A stretch of DNA of 64,000 bases, from positions 105,728 to 169,727 of the forward strand of contig CAKQXY010000001.1 in the NCBI GenBank assembly GCA_934292725.1. The letters are read 5' to 3'. The stretch is from an uncultured Lachnospiraceae bacterium. Its GTDB lineage: Bacteria > Bacillota > Clostridia > Lachnospirales > Lachnospiraceae. How positions within the stretch are numbered: the first letter of the stretch is position 1; each line of letters starts with the position of its first letter. This document shows positions 1 to 9,072 of this stretch, one piece after another. A model generated the notes under the pieces. That model saw only the letters and a list, made by a program, of their open reading frames with translations. It was not told the DNA's origin and did no database searches. A program made the position numbers and the translations under genes.

Positions 1-49
1 GAATGATACGATACGGGAAAAATTTGGTGAAACGTATATCCAGAAATTT

Positions 50-313
50 ATGGCAGCAGTTGAAAATGATGTGTATCTGAACTTGATCTTTTTTAACACT
101 CTGATTCAGCCAGAGCTAGATGGAATGAAGGAGCCTGATCGAGATAAGTGGCAGCAGTATCAAAATCTTTTTAAAGAATATTGGGAATACAAGGTGGATA
201 AAGATATTCCAAATATAAGTGAAGTTGAAATGCGTGAAATAGCAGATACTTCCTGGAATGAATTACAAAATATCATAGAAAAGGCAAAATACTTTTTAGA
301 GAAAGGAATTTAG
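50..313 (+). CDS. Hypothetical protein; the reading frame is open back to base 2 and there is no RBS before the ATG at 50, so this is probably the C-terminal end of a gene that starts upstream of the window
   Basis: ORF track, plus a manual check that no stop occurs in frame between 2 and 50. Confidence 0.3.
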   Translation: MAAVENDVYLNLIFFNTLIQPELDGMKEPDRDKWQQYQNLFKEYWEYKVDKDIPNISEVEMREIADTSWNELQNIIEKAKYFLEKGI

Positions 314-318
314 TGAAC

Positions 319-1440
319 ATGAAACGTTTTTTTTCAATTGCAGCAACAGCGCTGATAAATGCATCACTTATTGGAACTATGAATGTTTATGCAGATAACG
401 TATCAATTGATACAGCAAAGGAACATCTGAAAGCCGTATGGACAGAATATGCAGAAGCAATGAATGAACTTTATGACAGCGAAGAATGGGCATATTCTTA
501 TATAAAAGAGTTTCTGGAGGAGAATAGCTGGGATGCGCTTATTCGTGCAAGAATTGCCTGCCGACTTGCAGCATCAAATATCAGAGATCTCGAATTGACA
601 GATAGCTTATCCGATGAAGAGTGTACGCTTCTGGCTAAAAATAATATTGACTATCAAGCTCTTCTGGTAGAAGCAGAGGATTTTGAAAACACCAGGGATG
701 ACGGAAGTAAAATCCTTTCCGATGCTCTTTTTATCAAGCTTGTCGAAGATGTATGGTATCAGGATTATCTGGATGTATTGGGTGAGAAAATTGCCCTCAA
801 TGAAGAAAACCTTGAAATCTATCGTCAATATCTGGATGCAGAAATGCAATATTGTTTGGTTATAACAGACGATCCGAATCGCCCTCAAAAAAGTGCTGAA
901 GAATTGGAAAAAAAGTCCAATTCACTTCTTGACGAGTTTGATGCAATTTCGTCTGAATTAAAAAATTTAAAAGCGAAGGAGAATGCAATTTCTGATTTGG
1001 TTTTAGAAAAACTAATGGACGATGATAGTGATAGCATACAATGGTTTTTGGAAAATGCATCAAACATAGAAGATACTCCAGAATTGCTTCCTTTACCAGT
1101 GTGGTATTTGGCAGAAGACTATAAATATGCATTTTTTGTTCTGAAGGATGACGCTACAATGAACTATCTGGAATATGGTGACGATCTGAAAGAAGAGATG
1201 ACAAAGGGAAAATATGGTATTTATATGCAGGGTGATCCGATTGACGCAGATGAAATAGACGAGTATATCACGCTTATTGACGACATGGTACAAGCTTCAA
1301 CACAAGAGGATGATATATGGTTAATTGTTACGGATACCTACTCGATGCAGATTGATCTGACAGAAGATGCATTAACCATCATAATTGCTGGATCCGACAT
1401 ACCATTTTCACCACTTTATTTTTTGACACAACAGGAATGA
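319..1440 (+). CDS. Secreted or lipoprotein-like acidic protein of unknown function (paralog 1). The ORF-track start at 313 is GTG; the likely true start is the ATG at 319 (MKRFF...), preceded by AAAGGAA
   Basis: N-terminal signal peptide (MKRFFSIAATALINASLIGTMNVYA); acidic, repetitive body; a paralog lies immediately downstream. Confidence 0.6.
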   Translation: MKRFFSIAATALINASLIGTMNVYADNVSIDTAKEHLKAVWTEYAEAMNELYDSEEWAYSYIKEFLEENSWDALIRARIACRLAASNIRDLELTDSLSDEECTLLAKNNIDYQALLVEAEDFENTRDDGSKILSDALFIKLVEDVWYQDYLDVLGEKIALNEENLEIYRQYLDAEMQYCLVITDDPNRPQKSAEELEKKSNSLLDEFDAISSELKNLKAKENAISDLVLEKLMDDDSDSIQWFLENASNIEDTPELLPLPVWYLAEDYKYAFFVLKDDATMNYLEYGDDLKEEMTKGKYGIYMQGDPIDADEIDEYITLIDDMVQASTQEDDIWLIVTDTYSMQIDLTEDALTIIIAGSDIPFSPLYFLTQQE

Positions 1441-1468
1441 ATTCGTGACAGGAAGGATATTCGATGAT

Positions 1469-2571
1469 ATGAAACGATTTTTAACTACTTTGGCCATTGG
1501 GATAACGGTAGCACTCATCGGGACTATGAATAGTTACGCCGCAAATGATGTATCAATTGACACGGCAAAGGAACATCTGAAAGCAGAACAGACAGAATAC
1601 GTAGCAGCAATGAATTGTTCGATAGTGAAGATTGGGCATTTTCTTATATAAGAGAATTTTTGGAAGAAAAAAGTTGGGATTCTCTTATACGGGCACGAAT
1701 TGCTTGTCAACTTGCAGCATCACATATCCAAGATATTGAAGTGATAGATAGTTTATCGGATGAAGAATGTACATTGTTGGCCAAAAATAACATTGACTAT
1801 CAATCAATTCCGTTAGCTATAGAACTCTTTGAATCTTTTCGAGATGGTGAACTTACATCTTTTGATGTTTTATTTAATAGTCTTATTGCAACAATTGACT
1901 ATCAGGATGAGCTAGATTTATTAGCTGAACATGTTGACTTGCATGAGGAAGTCAATAATCGAAATCGTTATTTTAATGATATAGACAGTCAATATTGTTT
2001 GGCTATAATAGATGATCCAAATAAACCACAAAAAAGTGCTGAAGAATTGGAGATAGAACTTAATTCTGCTATGGATAAGATAGAGGAAATTTCGCCTAAG
2101 TTAAGCAAAATAGAAGCAAAGTATGCGGCAACCACAGAGCTATTTTCTGAAAAAATGGAGGAAGGAGATTTACAGTGGTTTCGGGATAATGCTGTGAATA
2201 TAGAGGGAGTACCGAAATTACTTTCTTACCCAGAATGGTTTGCTCCAGAGGATTTTGAATACATATTTTATACTCGACAAGAAGATGGTTCAATGAATCG
2301 CTTTGAATATGGCGATGATCTGGAAAAAGAAATGTCTACTGGAGATTATTATGTCTTTATACAAGGGGAACCAATTGATGCAAAAGAAATAGATGATTAT
2401 GTTACATCACTTAAGAAGTTTGTAATAGCCACAACGAGAAAAGATGATACCTGGGTAATTATACAGGATACCTATTCGTTGCGTATTGACTTGACAGAGG
2501 ACGATATGTCTATACTTATTCAGGGAACAGACATTCCTTTTTCCTTACTCTTTTTTTTAACACTTAGGTGA
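1469..2571 (+). pseudogene. Paralog 2 of the secreted protein, with its reading frame broken at about 1610-1650. The signal-peptide N-terminus is in one frame (1445..1651) and the body is in another (1615..2571)
   Basis: Aligned against paralog 1, a net 4-nt deletion occurs after ...AAMN. Both halves are clearly homologous to 319..1440. Confidence 0.55.
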
Positions 2572-2817
2572 GTTAATCCAAGACCGGCATCGGTAGAAGA
2601 CAAAAAGGCATTCCATTTACTTGCATGAGCAGTGGAATGCCTTTTTTGTTTATTGAGACCGAGCGTTTTATAAAGTATATCAGCGATGATCATAAGGGCA
2701 AAGAGGAATCTTAAGAATCCACATAACATCCAACCTCGGAAACAAGTTTCAAATAATTTTATGGCATATGCTATTCTTCAGGTATAAAATAAAACACCAC
2801 AAAAAGGAGAAAAAAGT

Positions 2818-3498
2818 TTGAGAAAAAAGTCAACTAAATTTACCGCTACCGTGTTGTTTATAATCATCGCAATAATCGTCTTACTATTTGCAATAGGATT
2901 TTATCTCGAAAAGAGTGATGAAAAACACAATGAGAAAGTTATCTTGGGAGTACAACAAACTATTATAAGCGATAATGTTACATTAATAGAAGCAATTCAC
3001 GCATTCTTCGGAAATGATGGTTCATGGTTTCTGGTAGGTTGCAGTGAAGATGGAAATGAACTTGTGGATCTTAAGGTGAATAATGGACAGCATTATCTGA
3101 GTGCAAGATTTGAATGGCTTGGAAAAGATTCAATAGGCGGAAATTGCGCACAAACAATAACGTTTCTGTATGATTATTCTGAAGTAACCGCGCAGGAATA
3201 TAATCAAATTCTTGATAAAATGGTACAAGCTGCCAAAAATAAAGGACAACAGAAGGGCTATAGTAATATTTCTTCAAACTATACATCAAATAACAATTCA
3301 AGTGTATGCCAAGGCTGCAATGGAACAGGAAGATCTGATCTTAAGTGCAGTTACTGTAGTGGAACAGGAGTCGATCCTACTTACGAAACAGTTCGAAAAA
3401 ATCCAGTTTTACGACCATTCATGAGTGAGGAATGTCCTTCATGTGAAGGAACTGGATACCGAAGCTGTCCTTTATGCGTTGGAACAGGAAGACAATAA
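2818..3498 (+). CDS. Single-pass membrane protein whose C-terminus carries DnaJ-type CxxCxGxG zinc-finger repeats. Starts with TTG after an AGGAG RBS
   Basis: N-terminal K/R-rich stretch followed by a TM helix; four CxxCxGxG repeats (CQGCNGTG, CSYCSGTG, CPSCEGTG, CPLCVGTG). Confidence 0.55.
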   Translation: MRKKSTKFTATVLFIIIAIIVLLFAIGFYLEKSDEKHNEKVILGVQQTIISDNVTLIEAIHAFFGNDGSWFLVGCSEDGNELVDLKVNNGQHYLSARFEWLGKDSIGGNCAQTITFLYDYSEVTAQEYNQILDKMVQAAKNKGQQKGYSNISSNYTSNNNSSVCQGCNGTGRSDLKCSYCSGTGVDPTYETVRKNPVLRPFMSEECPSCEGTGYRSCPLCVGTGRQ

Positions 3499-3620
3499 GC
3501 AAACAACATCAGTTCACTCATTTGAGGACTTTTGGGATACTAATATAATGAAAGGGTAACTTACATAATGCCAACTCGGAAACAAATTAGAACGTATAAT
3601 AGAAAGGCAAAAAATAAATT

Positions 3621-4298
3621 ATGGGACTGTTAAAATCTTTATTTAATAAAAGAAACAATAATCTGGAAAATCAAATATTAAATCTTCCCGATGCAGAAAT
3701 TTCTAAGCTTCCGAAGTATTTAATATATCCTCAAAATCTGGATTCAAAAGCAAAAGCTATCTCCAATCAAAAATGCGGTTACCAGCTTATGCTGGATAAC
3801 GAACTTGCAAATACGACACCTGAAGTAAAAAAAAATCAGCCAGCTTTTGATTGTAACGAAACTCACATTTATTGGAAAACGAATCTTCCATACTTTGTTA
3901 GTGTTACTACAATGAAAACACCCAGTGTAAAAACATCGAATCTGAAAGGATGGGTAGAATCTCAGGATAAGATGGGACAAATGTTTGGTTCTATGATTTC
4001 GTTTCTCAATCTTCCATCTAAAATGAAGTTTGGCGAATATACATGCGTCCAAATGATCTATTTAGGGCAATCAGAAACTTATAATAAGCTTCATAGCTTC
4101 GAAGAGACTCATGTATATTGTCATATTTTTTTTCTTGGAAATCAATTATATAAGAAGTTTATTTTATGTGCAAAACGTGGAATAACGTCTTGGAAAGTTG
4201 AGTGTACGATTCCAACAGAGCCAAATGCAGTACCAACGCAAAATATAGAATTACCAGGAATGATTTTTGGCTCTTTTTTTAAGGCAATGAACAAGTGA
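3621..4298 (+). CDS. Hypothetical protein
   Basis: 225-aa ORF with no recognisable motifs; a terminator follows it. Confidence 0.4.
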   Translation: MGLLKSLFNKRNNNLENQILNLPDAEISKLPKYLIYPQNLDSKAKAISNQKCGYQLMLDNELANTTPEVKKNQPAFDCNETHIYWKTNLPYFVSVTTMKTPSVKTSNLKGWVESQDKMGQMFGSMISFLNLPSKMKFGEYTCVQMIYLGQSETYNKLHSFEETHVYCHIFFLGNQLYKKFILCAKRGITSWKVECTIPTEPNAVPTQNIELPGMIFGSFFKAMNK

Positions 4299-4383
4299 TA
4301 CTTCTACAGAAAGACAGACCTGCGATATTCGATTATTTGAAGTTTCAGGAGCATTTTGCCCTCAGATACCAACAAGTTCGCTA

Positions 4384-4413
4384 ATCGGCAGGATTATTCT
4401 TGCCGATTTTTTC
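4384..4413 (+). terminator. Rho-independent terminator: atcggcagg-attatt-cttgccgat followed by a T-run
   Basis: GC-rich stem followed by TTTTTT, seen directly in the sequence. Confidence 0.6.
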
Positions 4414-4445
4414 ATGGTTCAGAAGAAAAAAACGTTACTGTTCAT

Positions 4446-4617
4446 GGATAAGCCAATATTGCGGAAAAGCCCGAAGGTGAATGGATTTCACGAGACGGAC
4501 ACTTGAAGCAGGTCTTTCAAAGTAATGTATAATAAAAAAGAACATAAAAGGAGCCTGCGGAGTTTGGTCCGTCGACGAAACCATTGAACCGAAGGGCTTG
4601 TGTTGTATGACGCATGA
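4446..4617. repeat. Copy A of a ~170-bp conserved element (the second copy is at 20988-21168). Its 133-nt core is closed by AAGCCC...GGGCTT, and a T8 run follows at 4618-4626
   Basis: Manual alignment of the two intergenic regions gives about 88% identity with the closing helix conserved. Confidence 0.6.
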
Positions 4618-4641
4618 TTTTTTTTACTTATCAGAATTAAC

Positions 4642-5703
4642 TTAATCTCTAAGCTTTACTGCATTTCTTGCACCGCGTCGTCTATCATCTTCAAGAGCAG
4701 CGTAGTGCTTTTTTGTTGTATTTACATCGTTATGTCCAAGAACATCTGCCACCAAATAAATATCGCCAGTTTCGCGATATAAATTTGTTCCGTAGGTACT
4801 GCGCAGCTTATGAGGTGTGATGTGTTTGACTGTCGTAACAGTTTGGGCGTATTTTTTTACTAGCTTTTCAACAGCTCTTACACTGATTCGTTTTTTTTGA
4901 AGTGATAAAAACAAAGCTTCCTCATGACCAGCTACAGCATCTGTTTTTTTGCGTTCTTCAATGTATGAAAGAAGAGCGCTTTCAACTTCATCTCCAAAAT
5001 AAACAACAACCTCCTTACCGCCTTTTCTATGAATGCGAATACCATCATTTTTAAAATCAACATCATCAATATTTAGTCCTACGCATTCCGATACGCGGAT
5101 GCCTGTTCCAAGCATTAGTGTAAGAAGCGCTATATCACGCAATTTTGTCCTGTCATGGAAACGTTGTTCTCGCTCAGATAGTTTATCACCACTTTCTGCC
5201 TGATCGAGCAGCAATGCCACCTCATCGATATCTAGCCTTGTAATTGCCTTATCATGTACCTTTGGCATAGTTACAAGATCAACAGGGTTATACGTAATAT
5301 CTTCATGCTGAATAAAATATCGATAGAAAGAGCGAAGAGAAGCAAGCTTTCGTTTTAATCCTAGTTCATGGTTTGTTTTTGTATTATTGCTTCCTTCATT
5401 TTTAGGATCCGTATATGCCTGCAGATACTCAAGATATTCCTCAATATCAGTGGGACGAAGCTTCTCCAAATCATCTAATGTAATATCACGAATTTCTTTT
5501 TGGGCAAAGATAGGATTATTTTCATGCAAATATGAAAAAAACACATTTAAATCATATGCATAAGCAATTCGAGTGCGCGATTCTGTATGAGGCTGGATAC
5601 CACGAAAATAATCCTTTGCATATGGTGGAAGAGTACTGATTAGCATTCGCAGGCGGTATGTATTATCAATATCAATCTGCTCACTATATGAATTAACTCC
5701 CAT
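4642..5703 (-). CDS. Tyrosine site-specific recombinase, XerC/XerD-like. Its start lies immediately after the ttcA stop, so it is co-transcribed with ttcA
   Basis: C-terminal catalytic region carries the R...HxxR...Y signature (HKLRSTYGT...LGHNDVNTTKKHY); its 5' end directly abuts the ttcA stop. Confidence 0.7.
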   Translation of the reverse strand: MGVNSYSEQIDIDNTYRLRMLISTLPPYAKDYFRGIQPHTESRTRIAYAYDLNVFFSYLHENNPIFAQKEIRDITLDDLEKLRPTDIEEYLEYLQAYTDPKNEGSNNTKTNHELGLKRKLASLRSFYRYFIQHEDITYNPVDLVTMPKVHDKAITRLDIDEVALLLDQAESGDKLSEREQRFHDRTKLRDIALLTLMLGTGIRVSECVGLNIDDVDFKNDGIRIHRKGGKEVVVYFGDEVESALLSYIEERKKTDAVAGHEEALFLSLQKKRISVRAVEKLVKKYAQTVTTVKHITPHKLRSTYGTNLYRETGDIYLVADVLGHNDVNTTKKHYAALEDDRRRGARNAVKLRD

Positions 5704-6531
5704 TTACAATTCACCTCCTGCCTGATCTGCCTTTGCAGAATTTCTTGTTTTTTCCTGCATTTTGCTGTTTTTGATCAGCTGTTTTACATCCATATGCGTG
5801 CGTGCAGCTGTCCAGTCATCAATATTGCCATTTTCAATAGCATGAAAAAAGCGATCTTTGGCATCTGGGTAGATGGAGGTTAATTGTTTCATAAGTGGCT
5901 CCATATCACTTCTTGCAGAATGACCATCGCGCGGACATAGGTTTTTAATAACAGGAAGCTGATATTGCTGTGCGAAGTTTTTAATTTCACCTTCACTTAC
6001 ATAAATAAGTGGACGAATTACAGTAATTTGACTATCATCATATGCAGTATATGGTGATACGGCATAAAAACGCCCCTCAAACAGCATAGACATCATCATT
6101 GTATATATAATATCTTCCTTATGGTGACCAAGAGCCAGCTTAGTACAGCCAAGTTCCAATGCTTTTGAAATCAGTGCACCACGACGAAGATTTGCACAAA
6201 AAGAGCAAGATCCATTTGGGTTTTCAGGATGAAAGACAATATCTTTTATTTGCGTATTACAAATGAAAAATGGAACGTCAAGTTCATCACAAAGCCTCTG
6301 AACAGGCGTAAAATCCATTCCAAAGCCAATATCAATAGTAATTGCACAAATGGTAAAAGAAGCGGGATAGAAGCGTTTGAGACCTGCTAGCGCATATAAT
6401 AATGCCAGACTATCTTTTCCACCAGAGACTGCCACTGCAATTTTATCTCCATCTTCAATTAAATTGTATTCATCTGCTACCTGACGTACATAGCGGTATA
6501 ATTTTTGTAATTTCATAACTATATGTCTCAC
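5704..6531 (-). CDS. ttcA: tRNA 2-thiocytidine(32) synthetase TtcA-like PP-loop ATPase
   Basis: SGGKDS PP-loop motif (VAVSGGKDSLAL) plus Cys motifs (CSFCANLRRG, CPRDG); 275 aa. Confidence 0.7.
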   Translation of the reverse strand: MRHIVMKLQKLYRYVRQVADEYNLIEDGDKIAVAVSGGKDSLALLYALAGLKRFYPASFTICAITIDIGFGMDFTPVQRLCDELDVPFFICNTQIKDIVFHPENPNGSCSFCANLRRGALISKALELGCTKLALGHHKEDIIYTMMMSMLFEGRFYAVSPYTAYDDSQITVIRPLIYVSEGEIKNFAQQYQLPVIKNLCPRDGHSARSDMEPLMKQLTSIYPDAKDRFFHAIENGNIDDWTAARTHMDVKQLIKNSKMQEKTRNSAKADQAGGEL

Positions 6532-6701
6532 CTTTCATAGATTCCATACGATGATTTTATCACAAAAAGAGATGAGCGTAAAGAAATTTACCGTTGCCGC
6601 GCTTTTTGTTTTGTGGTAGACTATACACTTGTGAAAGATTGACGTATAAAAATGACAATCTACGACAATGCAAGTCTTAATAAAGGAGAAAATTAAAGAT
6701 T

Positions 6702-7718
6702 ATGCTTAACAAAATAGCAAAACGGGTAATATTGCTTTTATGTACAATTACTGTTGTTGGAGTTTTATCTGGCTGCGCTGAAACAATTCTTTCTCAAAAT
6801 GGTCCAACCGCAATTTTTGTCGCAGGAAAACTAGATTCTGATAATACATTTTCCAAATCTGCGAATTGGCTGGAGAATGTTTTTTCCAAGTTTGAAAATC
6901 TAGCAAAACATGGAGCAGAAGAGAAGTCACAAACGCTTGCGATTCCGGATCAGTATCAAGTACTCTTAATTGGAAGTGATAGACGTGATGGTTCCTGGAA
7001 TGGAAATTCTGACGTAATGATTTTAGCTTCATTAAATCGAAACAAGAAGACAATTTCTTTCATTTCATTTATGCGTGATACTGGTGTAAATGTTCCAAAT
7101 GTTGGGTATGGAAAACTTAATTGTTCTTTTGCCAAAGGCGGAGCTGAATTGTTACAAAGCACACTTGAATCAAATTTTCAAATCTCGATTGATAATTACA
7201 TTGCAACTGATTTTGTCAGCATGGCCGATATAATTGATTTGTTCGGGGGCGTTGATCTTGATATAACAGATGCAGAGATTCCGGTAATCAATAGTTATAT
7301 CAATGAAATGGCAACATTGAGAGGATTTGATCCGTCAGAATATCAGCTTTCAGCAGCTGGAACATTACATTTAAATGGTTTGCAGGCAGTTGGATATATG
7401 CGCGATCGTTATGTAGGAAGCAACGATTTTCAGAGAACCGAACGCCAGAGAATTGTTTTGCAAAAACTTCTTGAAAAGCTTAAAACCATGAATGCATTAG
7501 AAATATTGAAATTAGGTTCATCAATGACAAACTTGTCAATTCAGCATAATTTTACAGCTGAACAAATTGCTGGATTGGCCGCGCTTGCTTTGGAATGTAG
7601 AAATTATACAGTGGTAATGGATCGTATTCCTTATGACGGATTATATACTTCAAATGGAGAAAATCTGGATCCTATATGGCCAGAAACCATTGAAAAACTG
7701 CATGCGACAATTTATTAA
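6702..7718 (+). CDS. LCP family (LytR-CpsA-Psr) cell-envelope phosphotransferase or attenuator
   Basis: Lipoprotein-type signal sequence (LSGC) and the LCP core LLIGSDRRD...SDVMIL...MRDT...GGVDLDITD. Confidence 0.75.
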   Translation: MLNKIAKRVILLLCTITVVGVLSGCAETILSQNGPTAIFVAGKLDSDNTFSKSANWLENVFSKFENLAKHGAEEKSQTLAIPDQYQVLLIGSDRRDGSWNGNSDVMILASLNRNKKTISFISFMRDTGVNVPNVGYGKLNCSFAKGGAELLQSTLESNFQISIDNYIATDFVSMADIIDLFGGVDLDITDAEIPVINSYINEMATLRGFDPSEYQLSAAGTLHLNGLQAVGYMRDRYVGSNDFQRTERQRIVLQKLLEKLKTMNALEILKLGSSMTNLSIQHNFTAEQIAGLAALALECRNYTVVMDRIPYDGLYTSNGENLDPIWPETIEKLHATIY

Positions 7719-7726
7719 AACAACGA

Positions 7727-7770
7727 GTAAAATGATGGTAGGTTTAGACCATCATTTTACTTCCAGGTAT
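7727..7770 (+). terminator. Candidate terminator after the LCP gene: gtaaaatgatgg...ccatcattttac
   Basis: 12-bp inverted repeat just downstream of the stop codon; the T-run is weak. Confidence 0.4.
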
Positions 7771-7889
7771 ATTTATTCGTTAAACTAGGGTTTCGCGAAC
7801 AAATATATCTCTCTTATTATTAGCGATACCCCCCATTTGTATATTCCAGATCAAGTAGCTGATATGCAAAATGTTTGACTTTACTTCAG

Positions 7890-7917
7890 CGAACACATTT
7901 TCGCAAACTTTTGTTTG
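7890..7917 (+). promoter_or_regulatory. Two adjacent LexA (Cheo/SOS-box-like) operators, CGAACACATTTTCG and CAAACTTTTGTTTG, overlapping the lexA promoter region
   Basis: GAAC-N4-GTTC-type palindromes read from the sequence just upstream of the lexA -35 region (TTTGCA, 18-bp spacer, TATACT at 7914-7943). Confidence 0.55.
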
Positions 7918-8013
7918 CATTTTCTCCGATTTTATGCTATACTACTTTCAAGTATAAATCAATGCTTATCAATATATGATTAATAACTTAGCTTGAAAAA
8001 GGAGGACTTATTT

Positions 8014-8640
8014 ATGACATATGGAAAAATCACAAATAAGCAGCGTGAAGTACTAGAATATTTAAAACAACAGGTTCTGCAGAAAGGTTATCCGCCGTCT
8101 GTACGTGAAATCTGTGATGCTGTCGGATTAAAATCTACTTCTTCCGTTCATGCACATCTTGAATCACTTGAAAGAAATGGTTACATCCGCAAGGATCCAA
8201 CAAAACCTAGAGCAATTGAAATTGTTGATGATGGCTTTAATCTTGTCCGCACGGAAACTGTATATATTCCTGAGGTTGGAAAGGTTGCTGCCGGACAGCC
8301 TATTCTTGCAATTGAAAATATTGATGCTTATTTGCCATTCCCGGCATATATGATTCCGCAGGGAAAGGATGTTTTTGTCCTGACTGTTAAGGGTGACAGT
8401 ATGGTTGAAGCAGGTATTTTTGATGGTGATAAGCTTGTTGTCGCTAAGCAAAACACCGCACAGAATGGTGAAATTGTCGTTGCACTTGTAGATGATTCTG
8501 CTACTGTTAAAACTTTTTATAAAGAAGATGGTCATTATCGTCTGCAGCCTCAAAACAGCTCCATGGAACCTATTATCGTTGATAATGTTGAGATCATTGG
8601 AAAGGTAATCAGCCTGTTCCGTCCAAAGATTGTTTCTTAA
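8014..8640 (+). CDS. lexA: LexA repressor. The ORF-track TTG at 7993 covers the AAAGGAGG RBS, so the real start is the ATG at 8014
   Basis: MTYGKITNKQREVLEYL... winged HTH; Ala-Gly cleavage site (VAAGQP); Ser/Lys dyad region (GDSM...K). Confidence 0.9.
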   Translation: MTYGKITNKQREVLEYLKQQVLQKGYPPSVREICDAVGLKSTSSVHAHLESLERNGYIRKDPTKPRAIEIVDDGFNLVRTETVYIPEVGKVAAGQPILAIENIDAYLPFPAYMIPQGKDVFVLTVKGDSMVEAGIFDGDKLVVAKQNTAQNGEIVVALVDDSATVKTFYKEDGHYRLQPQNSSMEPIIVDNVEIIGKVISLFRPKIVS

Positions 8641-8645
8641 AAGTT

Positions 8646-8693
8646 AAAAAGACCGTATCCTTAGAGACTTTTCTCCAAAGATACGGTCTTTTT
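8646..8693. terminator. Bidirectional rho-independent terminator between the convergent genes lexA and rsfS
   Basis: aaaaagaccgtatc...gatacggtcttttt, with an A-run on one side and a T-run on the other. Confidence 0.65.
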
Positions 8694-8703
8694 GTGCTGT
8701 AAA

Positions 8704-9069
8704 TTATAAAGCGGCTTCTTTAATGCCAAGCTGTTCCTTTGACACTGAGATTGCATCTCTCCAAAGACGCTCAAGATCATAGAATAAACGATCTTCCTTA
8801 TTGAATATATGAACAATAATATCGCCAAAGTCAAGCAGTACCCAGCCAGATTCTGACTTTCCCTCAACACGGCAGTGATTGCCATTTTTCATCATCTGCT
8901 CTTCTACATTATCAGCAATTGCCTGCAGCTGATTGTTATTCTCAGCATCTGCAATCACAAAATAATCTGCCATAACAGAAATACCGCTGATATCAAGAAC
9001 ACTGATTCGGCTTCCTTTTTTATCCTCAATTGCATTGTAAATCAATGCTGCCTTTTGCTTTACTTCCAT
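8704..9069 (-). CDS. rsfS: Ribosome silencing factor RsfS (Iojap)
   Basis: 121 aa with conserved RsfS sequence (VLDISGISVMADYFVIA...WVLLDFGDIIVHIF). Confidence 0.85.
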   Translation of the reverse strand: MEVKQKAALIYNAIEDKKGSRISVLDISGISVMADYFVIADAENNNQLQAIADNVEEQMMKNGNHCRVEGKSESGWVLLDFGDIIVHIFNKEDRLFYDLERLWRDAISVSKEQLGIKEAAL

Positions 9070-9072
9070 AAG

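Noticed and set aside
4642-5703. The recombinase as a prophage integrase
   Set aside because: No phage structural or regulatory genes lie nearby, and the gene abuts ttcA with zero spacing in an apparently housekeeping operon. A chromosomal Xer-like role is more likely.
7993-8640. TTG start at 7993 for lexA
   Set aside because: The extension consists of the AAAGGAGG Shine-Dalgarno sequence itself. The ATG at 8014 gives the canonical LexA N-terminus.
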